Source: a virus | Taxonomy: Duplodnaviria > Caudoviricetes | Direction: 5' to 3' (one strand) | IMG/VR virus record: IMGVR_UViG_3300050015_000014 | Coordinates: 1 to 41,971 of that record | Length of the DNA stretch: 41,971 nt | In this document: positions 26,757 through 35,807 of the stretch, one piece after another | How positions within the stretch are numbered: the first letter of the stretch is position 1 | Layout: every line of letters starts with the position of its first letter | Notes under the pieces: model-generated | What the model saw: only the letters and a program-made list of their open reading frames with translations | Database searches by the model: none | What the model was told of the DNA's origin: nothing | Program-made: the position numbers and the translations under genes

Positions 26757-27344
26757 TTAACCTACACTGCGTTTATACTTGCAATCTGGACATTTGAACA
26801 CCATCTCATTCATATCTGTATCTGGATGTTCTTCTGTATGATATGCATTGTGTTTTTTACACGAAGGGCATTCATAAAGCTTTCTTTTCTGAGGAACATA
26901 CTTTTCACCCAATCCAAATTTTGCTAAGAAATCATTCTTTTGATCTTCAGACATTCCATTTACAGCGAATTTATTTGGGTCAAATTGTCCCGATCCTGCT
27001 TCTTGTGCATAACGTCCGTGATCTCCTTCTTCTTCTAACTTACGCATACGAGAATTTATTTGCGGATATGGATTATCTTCAACTGGGTTCGGTCCTTGTG
27101 AAAGAGGATCAAACCCCTCTGTTAATGTTTCTTTTAAAACATCCATTACACATTCTTTTATAAGTGATGTAAACTCGGATGACTTCTTTCCTTCAACAGT
27201 AAATTCACCAGGTATTTTTTTATCAAATGTATCTGTCCACTTTTCATGTGGCATATCAAGTTCATTTACATTTGTTGAAGGTTCTGCCAACACTTCTGCA
27301 ATACATTCTTTAATTAAATTTTTGAATGATTGTTTGGATATCAT
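26757..27344 (-). CDS. Hypothetical head-region protein with duplicated FxxLIKECxxxVLxE motif and C-terminal Zn ribbon
   Basis: SFKNLIKECIAEVLAE and EFTSLIKECVMDVLKE; CPSC...CPDC. Confidence 0.75.
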   Translation of the reverse strand: MISKQSFKNLIKECIAEVLAEPSTNVNELDMPHEKWTDTFDKKIPGEFTVEGKKSSEFTSLIKECVMDVLKETLTEGFDPLSQGPNPVEDNPYPQINSRMRKLEEEGDHGRYAQEAGSGQFDPNKFAVNGMSEDQKNDFLAKFGLGEKYVPQKRKLYECPSCKKHNAYHTEEHPDTDMNEMVFKCPDCKYKRSVG

Positions 27345-27348
27345 AATA

Positions 27349-27972
27349 TTATCCCAATTCCGTTAAAATATTTCTAATAATATCATCAGTACGTTCCCAT
27401 TTATTGGTTACTGGATTTCTTACAATACCTTCAGCAATAGGAACTTGTCCACTTGGAAACATAAATGCTCCTTGTGTTGATGGATTAGATACAAAATCAA
27501 ATGCGATTAATTCAAAATCATCACCGACAACTGCTGAGTTTTCAGAAATCTTTTTAAGGGTTCCAAGTCCACGACTAGAAATACCTAATTTAATACCGTT
27601 TCTAAAAAGTTCACGAAGAATGTTTCCATTTGGAGTTGTCAAAATTTCAACAGTTCCAATCAAATCATCACCTTGCCAATGCATCTCAACAACGTTATGA
27701 GATACGTTTTTAAGATTAACGACTGAAGATTCTGGATGGTCTAATTCACCCATTGCCCTACGATCGGCAATGAACGTTTGAGCATATTTTGCAGCTTCAC
27801 GTATTAAAATTTCATCAGGATAAATCCTACCATTTTGATTCTTTTTGCCTTTACGTTGCAAAACACCAGATACTTTAAATGGTTGATTTGGATGGTCGGA
27901 TGATTCTCTTAGCAGTCTGGGATCTGCTTCAAAAGTTATGCATTCTACTAAGAGTTTTTTATCTATGTTCAT
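27349..27972 (-). CDS. gp21: Prohead core protease (T4 gp21 family)
   Basis: NQNGRIYP, AMGELDHP, VSH, TPNGNIL, LGISSRGLG, FDFVSNPSTQGA. Confidence 0.96.
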   Translation of the reverse strand: MNIDKKLLVECITFEADPRLLRESSDHPNQPFKVSGVLQRKGKKNQNGRIYPDEILIREAAKYAQTFIADRRAMGELDHPESSVVNLKNVSHNVVEMHWQGDDLIGTVEILTTPNGNILRELFRNGIKLGISSRGLGTLKKISENSAVVGDDFELIAFDFVSNPSTQGAFMFPSGQVPIAEGIVRNPVTNKWERTDDIIRNILTELG

Positions 27973-28823
27973 ATGCTTTTATTAGTCATTGTTTTTCTGA
28001 TCCTAACGTTCCATTCGTCGTGGGTTTCATTAGGTTCCATTTCTACTAAATTATATTTTATATCAATTTTACTAACTTCAAAAAGTATTTTTTCAACTTC
28101 CATTGAATTAATTGGAGATTTTAAAGAATTGAATGGTATTTTTAAATCAAACATTGCAATATTTGTTTCATTGTTTAATTGTTTTTGCCATCCCAATCCC
28201 CGAATAAAATCTCTCAAAACAGTTTCTGGTTTTATTAATAACGATGGCAACCAAGGTTTAATATCTTGTGTTATATTATCAATGGAATATGCATCATAAT
28301 AACCATATCCTTTAGTTTCTTTCAATGGTTGTTCCGATGGTGTATTTCCCATTGGTGCTTGTGCCATTGGTTGTTGTTGTGCCAAGTTTGGATTTTCTCT
28401 TGGTTGCACTGGGTTAGGAATTTCTTGAGGTTTTTGATCTCCTGGTTTATCTCCCTTTTGAGGAGATGGTTGTCCAGTTGCTGGTCCTATAATTTGAATT
28501 TTAAATCCAGATTTTAAAAAATATTCTTTTGGTTTTGGTGTTGTATTATCATGAGCAACGACTACATAATTATCGTAATAATCATCCAATGTTACTTTAA
28601 CTACATCAAACTCATAATCTTTAACATATTGTTTATATCCTCTAGACGCTCTAGCTTTAATACGTTTTCCTACCAGTTTTGTAGCAATCGCTTGTTCAAA
28701 TTTTTGTTTAATTTGATCATTTGCCCCATTAATAGTCCTTGTGAAATTAGAAAAATCCTTTCCAATATCATAGTATTGACCTTCCGCACCCTGTTGTTCT
28801 ACTATTCGGGATAAACTTATCAT
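27969..28823 (-). CDS. Hypothetical protein with MISLSRIVE leader; two domains joined by a Pro/Gln linker
   Basis: 284-aa ORF, ATGA-coupled to gp21. Confidence 0.75.
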   Translation of the reverse strand: MISLSRIVEQQGAEGQYYDIGKDFSNFTRTINGANDQIKQKFEQAIATKLVGKRIKARASRGYKQYVKDYEFDVVKVTLDDYYDNYVVVAHDNTTPKPKEYFLKSGFKIQIIGPATGQPSPQKGDKPGDQKPQEIPNPVQPRENPNLAQQQPMAQAPMGNTPSEQPLKETKGYGYYDAYSIDNITQDIKPWLPSLLIKPETVLRDFIRGLGWQKQLNNETNIAMFDLKIPFNSLKSPINSMEVEKILFEVSKIDIKYNLVEMEPNETHDEWNVRIRKTMTNKSI

Positions 28824-28841
28824 AATAATATCTTATTTATT

Positions 28842-30080
28842 TTATAACAATTTATCTGCTTTTTGATCCATATCCTTCTTACCAGTGGGTGTTAGTTTAT
28901 ATCCCAATGCAGCAGATACTTCTATACCTTTTTTACTTCCGCCCTTCGTTGAAAATGCGCTAGGAATATTGTATCCAGGAGTGCCTGCACTAGAATCCTC
29001 ACCGTGAGAAGTAGTAGTCATTTCGGAAATTCGTATATCTGTATCTGTTGGTACTGGTATAAATTTTGATCTAATACCTCCCTCGGAAGTTCTCCACCAT
29101 TTACCATCACGACTTTTAAATATAAAATCATAATATGTATCTCCAGAATCTACTTTAAAATACGTACCTCCATTACTGGTTTGATGAGGTGTTGCAGATG
29201 TTACACCATTCCCCCATATTTTTTTAGCAACCGCTATAGCTTCTTCCGAATCTGAACTTTTTACTTTGGAAGTATCATTTTTTGGTATATTACCAACATA
29301 ATTATCTTCTTTAACATTTTTTTTCTTAAATGCAAATGGAGTAGTAATAGGAGATATTGATGCAGTTGTCGTTTCCTCTTTAACGTTCATTTCACTAACT
29401 ACTTTTTTAACAATATGTTGAATAAGTTCAGTTAAAGCACTTTTTTTAATATAATTCTCATTAAGAGGTTTAATTGTACTTAAAAACTTTAATAATTTCT
29501 GATTACCTTCTTTTTTAGCTTTAAGACCTATGGTAATCATATCGTCCGATGGAAGAGTTTTTCTTAATCCCGCTTTTTTTGTAAGTTGAGCAATTAAAGC
29601 ATCGGTTGGATCTACATTTTTTGGTTCTGCATCATCAGATCTAACTCCAGTTCCATTAAAATTAATAGGACCATTATCAACACCACGTTCATCATTTGAT
29701 GTTGTTACATCTCCTCCTACCGCTTTAGTATATATTTCTATAAATTTATTTGCTTTACCATCTGGATATTTTTCATCCCCCTGAACCCATTTTTGTAAAA
29801 CTTTGGCATCTTTTAATGGTCTAAAAACTGAATTATCCCATAACCATATACATACATTCTGTTCTGCTATATAATAAATTACTTGATTTTGAAGAGTATA
29901 ATTATTACTTCCATCATTCCATTGATACCCAGCACCAACCAAAATAGGATCCATATCTGCGGGAGCCTTATCTCCTGGATTGTTTGCAATAAATTGTTTT
30001 ACCTTTTCTCCAACTCCTTCTAATGGATATACACCAAATGTTGGTCCCAATTTTGTGAGAACTTTAATATCTACTTTCAT
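28842..30080 (-). CDS. Hypothetical head-region protein with repeated E-x-TTT...P-x-AF motif
   Basis: VKEETTTASISPITTPFAF and ISEMTTTSHGEDSSAGTPGYNIPSAF. Confidence 0.75.
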   Translation of the reverse strand: MKVDIKVLTKLGPTFGVYPLEGVGEKVKQFIANNPGDKAPADMDPILVGAGYQWNDGSNNYTLQNQVIYYIAEQNVCIWLWDNSVFRPLKDAKVLQKWVQGDEKYPDGKANKFIEIYTKAVGGDVTTSNDERGVDNGPINFNGTGVRSDDAEPKNVDPTDALIAQLTKKAGLRKTLPSDDMITIGLKAKKEGNQKLLKFLSTIKPLNENYIKKSALTELIQHIVKKVVSEMNVKEETTTASISPITTPFAFKKKNVKEDNYVGNIPKNDTSKVKSSDSEEAIAVAKKIWGNGVTSATPHQTSNGGTYFKVDSGDTYYDFIFKSRDGKWWRTSEGGIRSKFIPVPTDTDIRISEMTTTSHGEDSSAGTPGYNIPSAFSTKGGSKKGIEVSAALGYKLTPTGKKDMDQKADKLL

Positions 30081-30958
30081 TGTCTATCTTTCACTTGATT
30101 TTGGACTTCTTTTAATAATTCATAAGAAAGCATTAACACCATAACGTGGTTATCTTTAACTATTTTTCCAGGATTTATTTTATCTAATTGATTAATAACT
30201 TCTTGAATTTTAATTTTAATAACGTCAGATCCTTTAACATTTTTAATGGTTTCTTGAAGAGATTTTTTAATTTCCGTTACTTTAGTTTTAACAAAAACAT
30301 CAAAATTATTAGTATTTGCTATGTTACAAATGTATTCCCTCAAAACAGTTTTCTGTTGATCATCTAATACACTCGAATATTTATCATTGAATTTTTCACA
30401 AAGAAGTTTATAAGTAAGAAGTCGTATATCTTCTGTTTGAGTTTGATAATAAGTGAACAAGTCATTATCTGAATGCGCTATAGATGGTTTATTAACTATA
30501 TACTCAACAATACAATTCTTAGCTTGATATAATTCATTTACCTCAAATTTACTATCGGGAGATACAACATTTTCAAATATTTTATAAATGGATGCTAAAA
30601 CTCTGTAGTTTCTTACTGGAGATTTTAACATTTCTTCTATGGGATAAGAATTTTTAATTTCTTTTATTAACTCATATTTAAGCTGTGCCAGTTTTTTATT
30701 ATTAAGTTTTTTACGAGCTTCTATTATAATAGAAAAAAACCTCTCTGCGTGAGGTTCATCTTTTATACTTTCGTTTAACAATGTGCTATACATTTGCCAC
30801 TCTTTACATAGTTCCGTGTTTTCACGGAAATATTTATAGAGTAAATCTTTAGCGATTGATGTCTCTTTGCCAGCAATAATATCTGCCGTTATTTGCTTTG
30901 TTAGCAATTCGAACAGAATGCCGGTATTTTTAAATTTGGAATGGCGCATTTTCTGCAT
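30077..30958 (-). CDS. Helical hypothetical protein between portal and protease
   Basis: 293-aa ORF starting RHSKFKNTGILFELL; TATTTATA upstream (30994-30987). Confidence 0.8.
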   Translation of the reverse strand: MQKMRHSKFKNTGILFELLTKQITADIIAGKETSIAKDLLYKYFRENTELCKEWQMYSTLLNESIKDEPHAERFFSIIIEARKKLNNKKLAQLKYELIKEIKNSYPIEEMLKSPVRNYRVLASIYKIFENVVSPDSKFEVNELYQAKNCIVEYIVNKPSIAHSDNDLFTYYQTQTEDIRLLTYKLLCEKFNDKYSSVLDDQQKTVLREYICNIANTNNFDVFVKTKVTEIKKSLQETIKNVKGSDVIKIKIQEVINQLDKINPGKIVKDNHVMVLMLSYELLKEVQNQVKDRQ

Positions 30959-30990
30959 AGTATTATACTTTGCTTTTCAACTTATTTATA

Positions 30991-31027
30991 AATATAAACT
31001 TATAATTGTAAACTCCAAGTTTATATT
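30991..31027. other. 11-bp inverted repeat after the portal gene (possible terminator) overlapping a TATTTATA motif
   Basis: AATATAAACTT (30991-31001) / AAGTTTATATT (31017-31027). Confidence 0.45.
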
Positions 31028-31044
31028 GATATACACACTACTAA

Positions 31045-33207
31045 TTATAAAATATTTCTTTCATCCATCAAAGATTTACTACCAGAATTCATATTTTTTT
31101 TGTTCTCTTTAATAAGTTCTTGCTTAGTATCTTGACGAGTTTGTGATAAAAATGCAGATAAACTGCTAATTACTTCGGAATCTACACGTTGTTTATTGCG
31201 ATCTTGATCTTTAATTTTGGGTAACATTGGTAATTTAGTTTCTTTTAAACTAAGTGGTGACCCACCTTCAAAATTGTGTGTTAATGCACTAACTCTTCTA
31301 CCTTCACTTTTTTTACGAGTTTTTGCATTCATTGCATCTTGTCCAAGTGGATCTTCTGACATAGGATGATCTCTTCTTGCATCATGCTCTCCACTCTGAT
31401 CTCTATCACTCTGATCTCTATCAGTTCTATCTTGTATAGGTTTTTTTACTTCTTTCACAAGATCTTCTATATCAGTATTTTCTTCATCATCTTCTCCGTT
31501 TTTAGATGATTTTTCACCTGGAATACCTTCGTCTCCTTCTTCATTGTCTCCCTCTTCTCCACCCAAATCTCCAAAATCTGGCATTTTTCCTCCCCCGCCA
31601 CTATGACTTCCTCCCCCACCGCCACCACCAATTTTTCCAATATCGCCCAAATCATCATCCCCACCGTCCCCGCCATCATCCCCACCTATCTTTTTAAATG
31701 GTTTAGCAATATCATCTCCATCTTCTTCTATGTTTGTGATACGATATCTCTGTTTAGCATCTTCAATAACTTCATCTTTGACAATTTTAATATCATCTTC
31801 AGACATATTGAAAATATTTTTATATATCCAATTAAAAGAGAAAAATTTATTTTCTACCATATCCGTTGCTACAGATACTTTATCTGACCATATTTCAATT
31901 TTTTCTTTTTCAAAAATAGTTGATGGATTGGTAAGTTCTAGTTCAAAATCTACTAGACTTTCATCTCTATAACCTTGTGAATATAAATGAATAATTGCAA
32001 TTTTACTTAATTCTGAAGAAATGATGCGTTGAATGCGTTGAATAGTTCTGGCAAACCGTACATCTTCGGAGGCAAGGGTTGCTTTACCAGAAATACCTTC
32101 TTCATATCCGAGGAATGCTTTAGGTATTTTTAATGCTGCCATTAATTTATTTTTAAGATATTCAATATCTTCTGTACCAGTCCATTCCATACCTCCAAGG
32201 GTATCAATTTTAGTTCCACTATCTCCACCACGAACTGGAATAAAATAATCTTCTACCATGTTTTGTAGATTAAATCTAAGATTATATTCCCCAGATTGTT
32301 CATCCATATAAGGAACTTTTTTCATCTTAGATATCATTTTCTCCATATATGTATCTACTTCTGCTGGAGGAATGTTTCCAATATCAGTATAGAAAATACG
32401 TTTTTCAGGAGCACGCATAATACGATGAATTAACATTGCGTCTTCCATTAATGATAATTGTTTCCATACCCTACGACCACCCTCAATCATGGATTTACCA
32501 TAAGGAAGGAAATTACTATCAGACATTAAACGGAAATGTGCCATTTCATAATTTTCAAGTACTTCTGCTTGTGCTGTATCGGTAGGACGAAGTTGAAATT
32601 TTACATAACGTTTATTATATGGATCTGAATTCTCAATTCTTTCTACATTATATGCAGAAATGGGTTCAACCATATAAACACCATATTCAGGCGTAACATA
32701 TAGTTTTAAGTAGAAATCACCATATTTGCACATGTTTCTAACCCAAGACCACATATTAAACCTAACATTCAATACTTCATTGAATAAATTCTCTAATATT
32801 TTTTTAACATTGTTGTTATTAGAATGAACGGTAACCATTTTACCAAGTTCATTATATGTTAAACATTCATCTGCATAAATATCTAATGCAGAAGATATTA
32901 TGGGATCCATATCCATTGTATCATAATCACGGAATAGGTCCATTCGTGCTGCTTGATATGATAATGCAAAATCACGAGTATATGCATTATATGCTGTTGA
33001 ACGAATGCGGTTGAATCGATCTCTTAACGAGTTTCGATCCGTTGCTGCCATTATGTTGTCGGTATCTTTTATTTTAAGTTGTTTACCGCCAACATTTCTA
33101 ACAATTACGTCCGTCGAAAAAAGTCTCTTTAATCTTGCATAAAGAGATTGTTTCTTAACATCCAATATTTCATCGTCAAATGGTTTTAATGAAGGGTTAT
33201 TAGCCAT
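31045..33207 (-). CDS. gp20: Portal protein (T4 gp20 family) with long acidic/Gly-rich C-terminal tail
   Basis: ALDIYADE, KQLSLMEDAMLIHRIMRAPEKRIFYTDIGNIP, EDYFIPVRGG, DIEYLKNKLMAALKIPKAFL, EDVRFARTIQRIQ. Confidence 0.96.
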   Translation of the reverse strand: MANNPSLKPFDDEILDVKKQSLYARLKRLFSTDVIVRNVGGKQLKIKDTDNIMAATDRNSLRDRFNRIRSTAYNAYTRDFALSYQAARMDLFRDYDTMDMDPIISSALDIYADECLTYNELGKMVTVHSNNNNVKKILENLFNEVLNVRFNMWSWVRNMCKYGDFYLKLYVTPEYGVYMVEPISAYNVERIENSDPYNKRYVKFQLRPTDTAQAEVLENYEMAHFRLMSDSNFLPYGKSMIEGGRRVWKQLSLMEDAMLIHRIMRAPEKRIFYTDIGNIPPAEVDTYMEKMISKMKKVPYMDEQSGEYNLRFNLQNMVEDYFIPVRGGDSGTKIDTLGGMEWTGTEDIEYLKNKLMAALKIPKAFLGYEEGISGKATLASEDVRFARTIQRIQRIISSELSKIAIIHLYSQGYRDESLVDFELELTNPSTIFEKEKIEIWSDKVSVATDMVENKFFSFNWIYKNIFNMSEDDIKIVKDEVIEDAKQRYRITNIEEDGDDIAKPFKKIGGDDGGDGGDDDLGDIGKIGGGGGGGSHSGGGGKMPDFGDLGGEEGDNEEGDEGIPGEKSSKNGEDDEENTDIEDLVKEVKKPIQDRTDRDQSDRDQSGEHDARRDHPMSEDPLGQDAMNAKTRKKSEGRRVSALTHNFEGGSPLSLKETKLPMLPKIKDQDRNKQRVDSEVISSLSAFLSQTRQDTKQELIKENKKNMNSGSKSLMDERNIL

Positions 33208-33298
33208 ATTATTTATTTCTTTTCTTTGTGTATGTGTATTTTAGGAACTAATGTTCCCATTATAAATATATGATAGAAATTCATTATGTTATAACTAC

Positions 33299-34939
33299 TT
33301 ACAATAGCCATTTGAGATCCTCTTGATTCTGGTTACCAAATCCCTGTCTTCCAGTTTTCATTGTCCATGATTCGGCACCAGATTGAACTAACCTTGTTTT
33401 ATAATATGGCGTTTGATCCATTTTTGACATATTAATATGCCCCAATGTGGCTCTAGTTAGATCAATACCTTCCTGTCTTAGTCTTAATGCCGTATCACGT
33501 ACCCACAATCCAATTGCCAATGACATAACCAAATCGTCGTGATACGCATCCATTGCCTGAGCTTTTCCATTTTTCCAAATGAATGTTTCTAGTTCAGATA
33601 GTGTTCTCTTGGAATAAATTTCAATAGCCATATTTCTAAAATATAAATCTAAGTTGTTTACTACCAGAGGTCTAGTTTTCATATTAGTGCTAAATCCAGG
33701 CACTATTTTCTTTTCTTCACTATCATATTTATTGGATAATTGTCGTTGAACATCAACATACTTAAGATCTGCTGAACTATAAAACGTGTTCTTATAATCT
33801 CTATCAATAATTTGTTGAAGTGTTGCCCATCCAACATTTTCACGTTCTACTATTAACAATGCATCATTATATTTTGTTGCCAGTGCTACCAAAAAATTTC
33901 CAAAATCTTTAGTTCCAAGACTTCCTTTATACTCAGCAACTTGTATAGGACATTCGCCCGTAATATCCAAAACGTGACACGCAGAGAAATCTTCTCCATC
34001 TCCACGGGCAACGTCCGCAGAAACAATATATGAGTGGGAATAGTTTACTTCTTGCCAAGTCCATAACCCATGGTCTATTCCACTAATATCTAAAGGATCT
34101 TTTGCTCGGGTCTTTTTGTAGAATTCTATGATGTTTAAATCAATAACGTTATCACCAGATGCGAGAAAGTTACAATCATATTCTTGCGCAGCTTTTTTAG
34201 GATTTCCTTGTTTTTCTCCTTCAATACGTCTCCATTCATCGTCTCGTTCTGGATGTAATTGCCAAGGAAGACTAATTGGATGAAATCCATTTTTTCCTAT
34301 TTTTCCATCATTATTCTCTTCGGCACCTTGCCACATTTTATGAAACCAATTTCCAACACCTCTAGGTGTAGAAAGAACTATTGCGTTTCCTCCTGTGCTT
34401 AGGGTTGGTTGGGCAGATGTCCACAGTTCTCCTGCTTCTTCAATAAGTGCAGCTTCGTCAATGATTAGAAGAGAAAGTGCCTGACCAACTCCAGATTTTT
34501 TGGTAGTTGATGCTGCTTTTATTTGAGAACCATTTTGAAATTTTAATGATAATCTATTGTCTTCAATACATTTTACTTTTAACCAAGTAGGAAGTTTTTC
34601 ATTTGCAAACCTAACTTTTGTAATAATGTCTTTAGCATCTTCCTGACGTAATGAAACTATTAAAATATTTTTGTCTTTATTGAAAATCATTACCCACAAT
34701 GCATATACCGATACTAACGTAGAAATTCCCATTTGTCGGGATTTTAATATAATGTTGAATTTATAATCTGCAAAAGATTGAAGCGTTTCCTTTTGGAAAT
34801 CAAATAAATCAAACAAAATTTCTCCACGAACTGGGTGCTGAATTTTTACATAATGTTTCATGAAGTACACTGGAGATTCCATGCACTTTTTATATTCTAC
34901 TTTTAATAAATCTTGATACGATATTTGAGGATTAGACAT
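33299..34939 (-). CDS. gp17: Terminase large subunit (T4 gp17 family)
   Basis: LKSRQMGIST (Walker A), LLIIDEAA (Walker B), STPRG, SADVARGDGEDFS, HDDLVMSLAI. Confidence 0.96.
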   Translation of the reverse strand: MSNPQISYQDLLKVEYKKCMESPVYFMKHYVKIQHPVRGEILFDLFDFQKETLQSFADYKFNIILKSRQMGISTLVSVYALWVMIFNKDKNILIVSLRQEDAKDIITKVRFANEKLPTWLKVKCIEDNRLSLKFQNGSQIKAASTTKKSGVGQALSLLIIDEAALIEEAGELWTSAQPTLSTGGNAIVLSTPRGVGNWFHKMWQGAEENNDGKIGKNGFHPISLPWQLHPERDDEWRRIEGEKQGNPKKAAQEYDCNFLASGDNVIDLNIIEFYKKTRAKDPLDISGIDHGLWTWQEVNYSHSYIVSADVARGDGEDFSACHVLDITGECPIQVAEYKGSLGTKDFGNFLVALATKYNDALLIVERENVGWATLQQIIDRDYKNTFYSSADLKYVDVQRQLSNKYDSEEKKIVPGFSTNMKTRPLVVNNLDLYFRNMAIEIYSKRTLSELETFIWKNGKAQAMDAYHDDLVMSLAIGLWVRDTALRLRQEGIDLTRATLGHINMSKMDQTPYYKTRLVQSGAESWTMKTGRQGFGNQNQEDLKWLL

Positions 34940-35582
34940 AAATTTCTATTTTATACTTAGTTGCTGCTTCTACATATTTTTTCTCGGCATCCTTTACAAC
35001 TTTTTTAACTTCGGACACTTTAGCATTTGCCAATTTTAAATCATTTTTTGCATAATTTAAAATTTCATCTTTGTTTGTATTTTTCCATCTTTCCAAGAAC
35101 CCTTCCGAATTGCATATCATTTCTACGTCTCCAGAATTTTTAGAAAAGAATTTAATAACTTCTTTAATTTTATCCCTAGCATCTTTCAAAAATCCAAGTT
35201 GATATGATAATATTTTATACTTCTCATAATCATCATAAATTCCTAAAATTCTAAGGTTTGTTTCATATGAAATAACACAATTTTCACACATTCCAGTTCT
35301 ATTAAAAAATATTTTATCTAACCTACTTCCCCATTTTATTACTTGCCCACATTTACATTTATCATTGATTGCACTTCTCACAATGTCCGCAACCCTATTA
35401 ACTCGTACTGGTCCTGAAATTTTCTGCTCCCAATCAATACCTTTTATATCAGTCCATTTATCTCCGACATTTCGTTTAACATATTCTTTTCCAGTATATC
35501 CAAATTGAATAAATGGTCTTTCGCCATTCAAATATGATTTTACTATATCAATATTACTTTTTCCTTTATATTTCTTTTCCAT
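34932..35582 (-). CDS. Hypothetical protein with Cys motifs and coiled coil, coupled to terminase
   Basis: GDKWTD..G..WEQK, CKCG...GMCENC; 8-nt overlap with the gp17 start. Confidence 0.75.
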   Translation of the reverse strand: MEKKYKGKSNIDIVKSYLNGERPFIQFGYTGKEYVKRNVGDKWTDIKGIDWEQKISGPVRVNRVADIVRSAINDKCKCGQVIKWGSRLDKIFFNRTGMCENCVISYETNLRILGIYDDYEKYKILSYQLGFLKDARDKIKEVIKFFSKNSGDVEMICNSEGFLERWKNTNKDEILNYAKNDLKLANAKVSEVKKVVKDAEKKYVEAATKYKIEIYV

Positions 35583-35587
35583 AACGT

Positions 35588-35749
35588 TTATTTTATATCA
35601 GATTTGAAAGATTTAACTTGTGAAACCTCAACCAAAATTGTTCCAGTTTTTGTTTGAACTGACGGCACAGGTAGTTTTCCCGCCTTAAACCAGTTCCAAG
35701 CGGTTCTATAAGAAATACCTTGTTGTTTTGCCCATGTTGATAATTTCAT
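35588..35749 (-). CDS. 53-aa stand-alone MerR-type HTH resembling the N-terminus of IS607 TnpA
   Basis: Not in the ORF track: MKLSTWAKQQGISYRTAWNWFKAGKLPVPSVQTKTGTILVEVSQVKSFKSDIK*; no recombinase catalytic domain follows. Confidence 0.8.
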   Translation of the reverse strand: MKLSTWAKQQGISYRTAWNWFKAGKLPVPSVQTKTGTILVEVSQVKSFKSDIK

Positions 35750-35770
35750 ATCAATTATAAGTATTAATAC

Positions 35771-35803
35771 TTTTCTATAAAATACAATATTTTTCTATAA
35801 AAT
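35771..35803. repeat. 13-bp direct repeat with 20-bp period upstream of the IS607-like HTH
   Basis: TTTTCTATAAAAT at 35771-35783 and 35791-35803. Confidence 0.75.
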
Positions 35804-35807
35804 TACA

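Noticed and set aside
33299-34939. Intein or intron in the terminase
   Set aside because: Length (546 aa) and contiguous motifs leave no room for an insertion.
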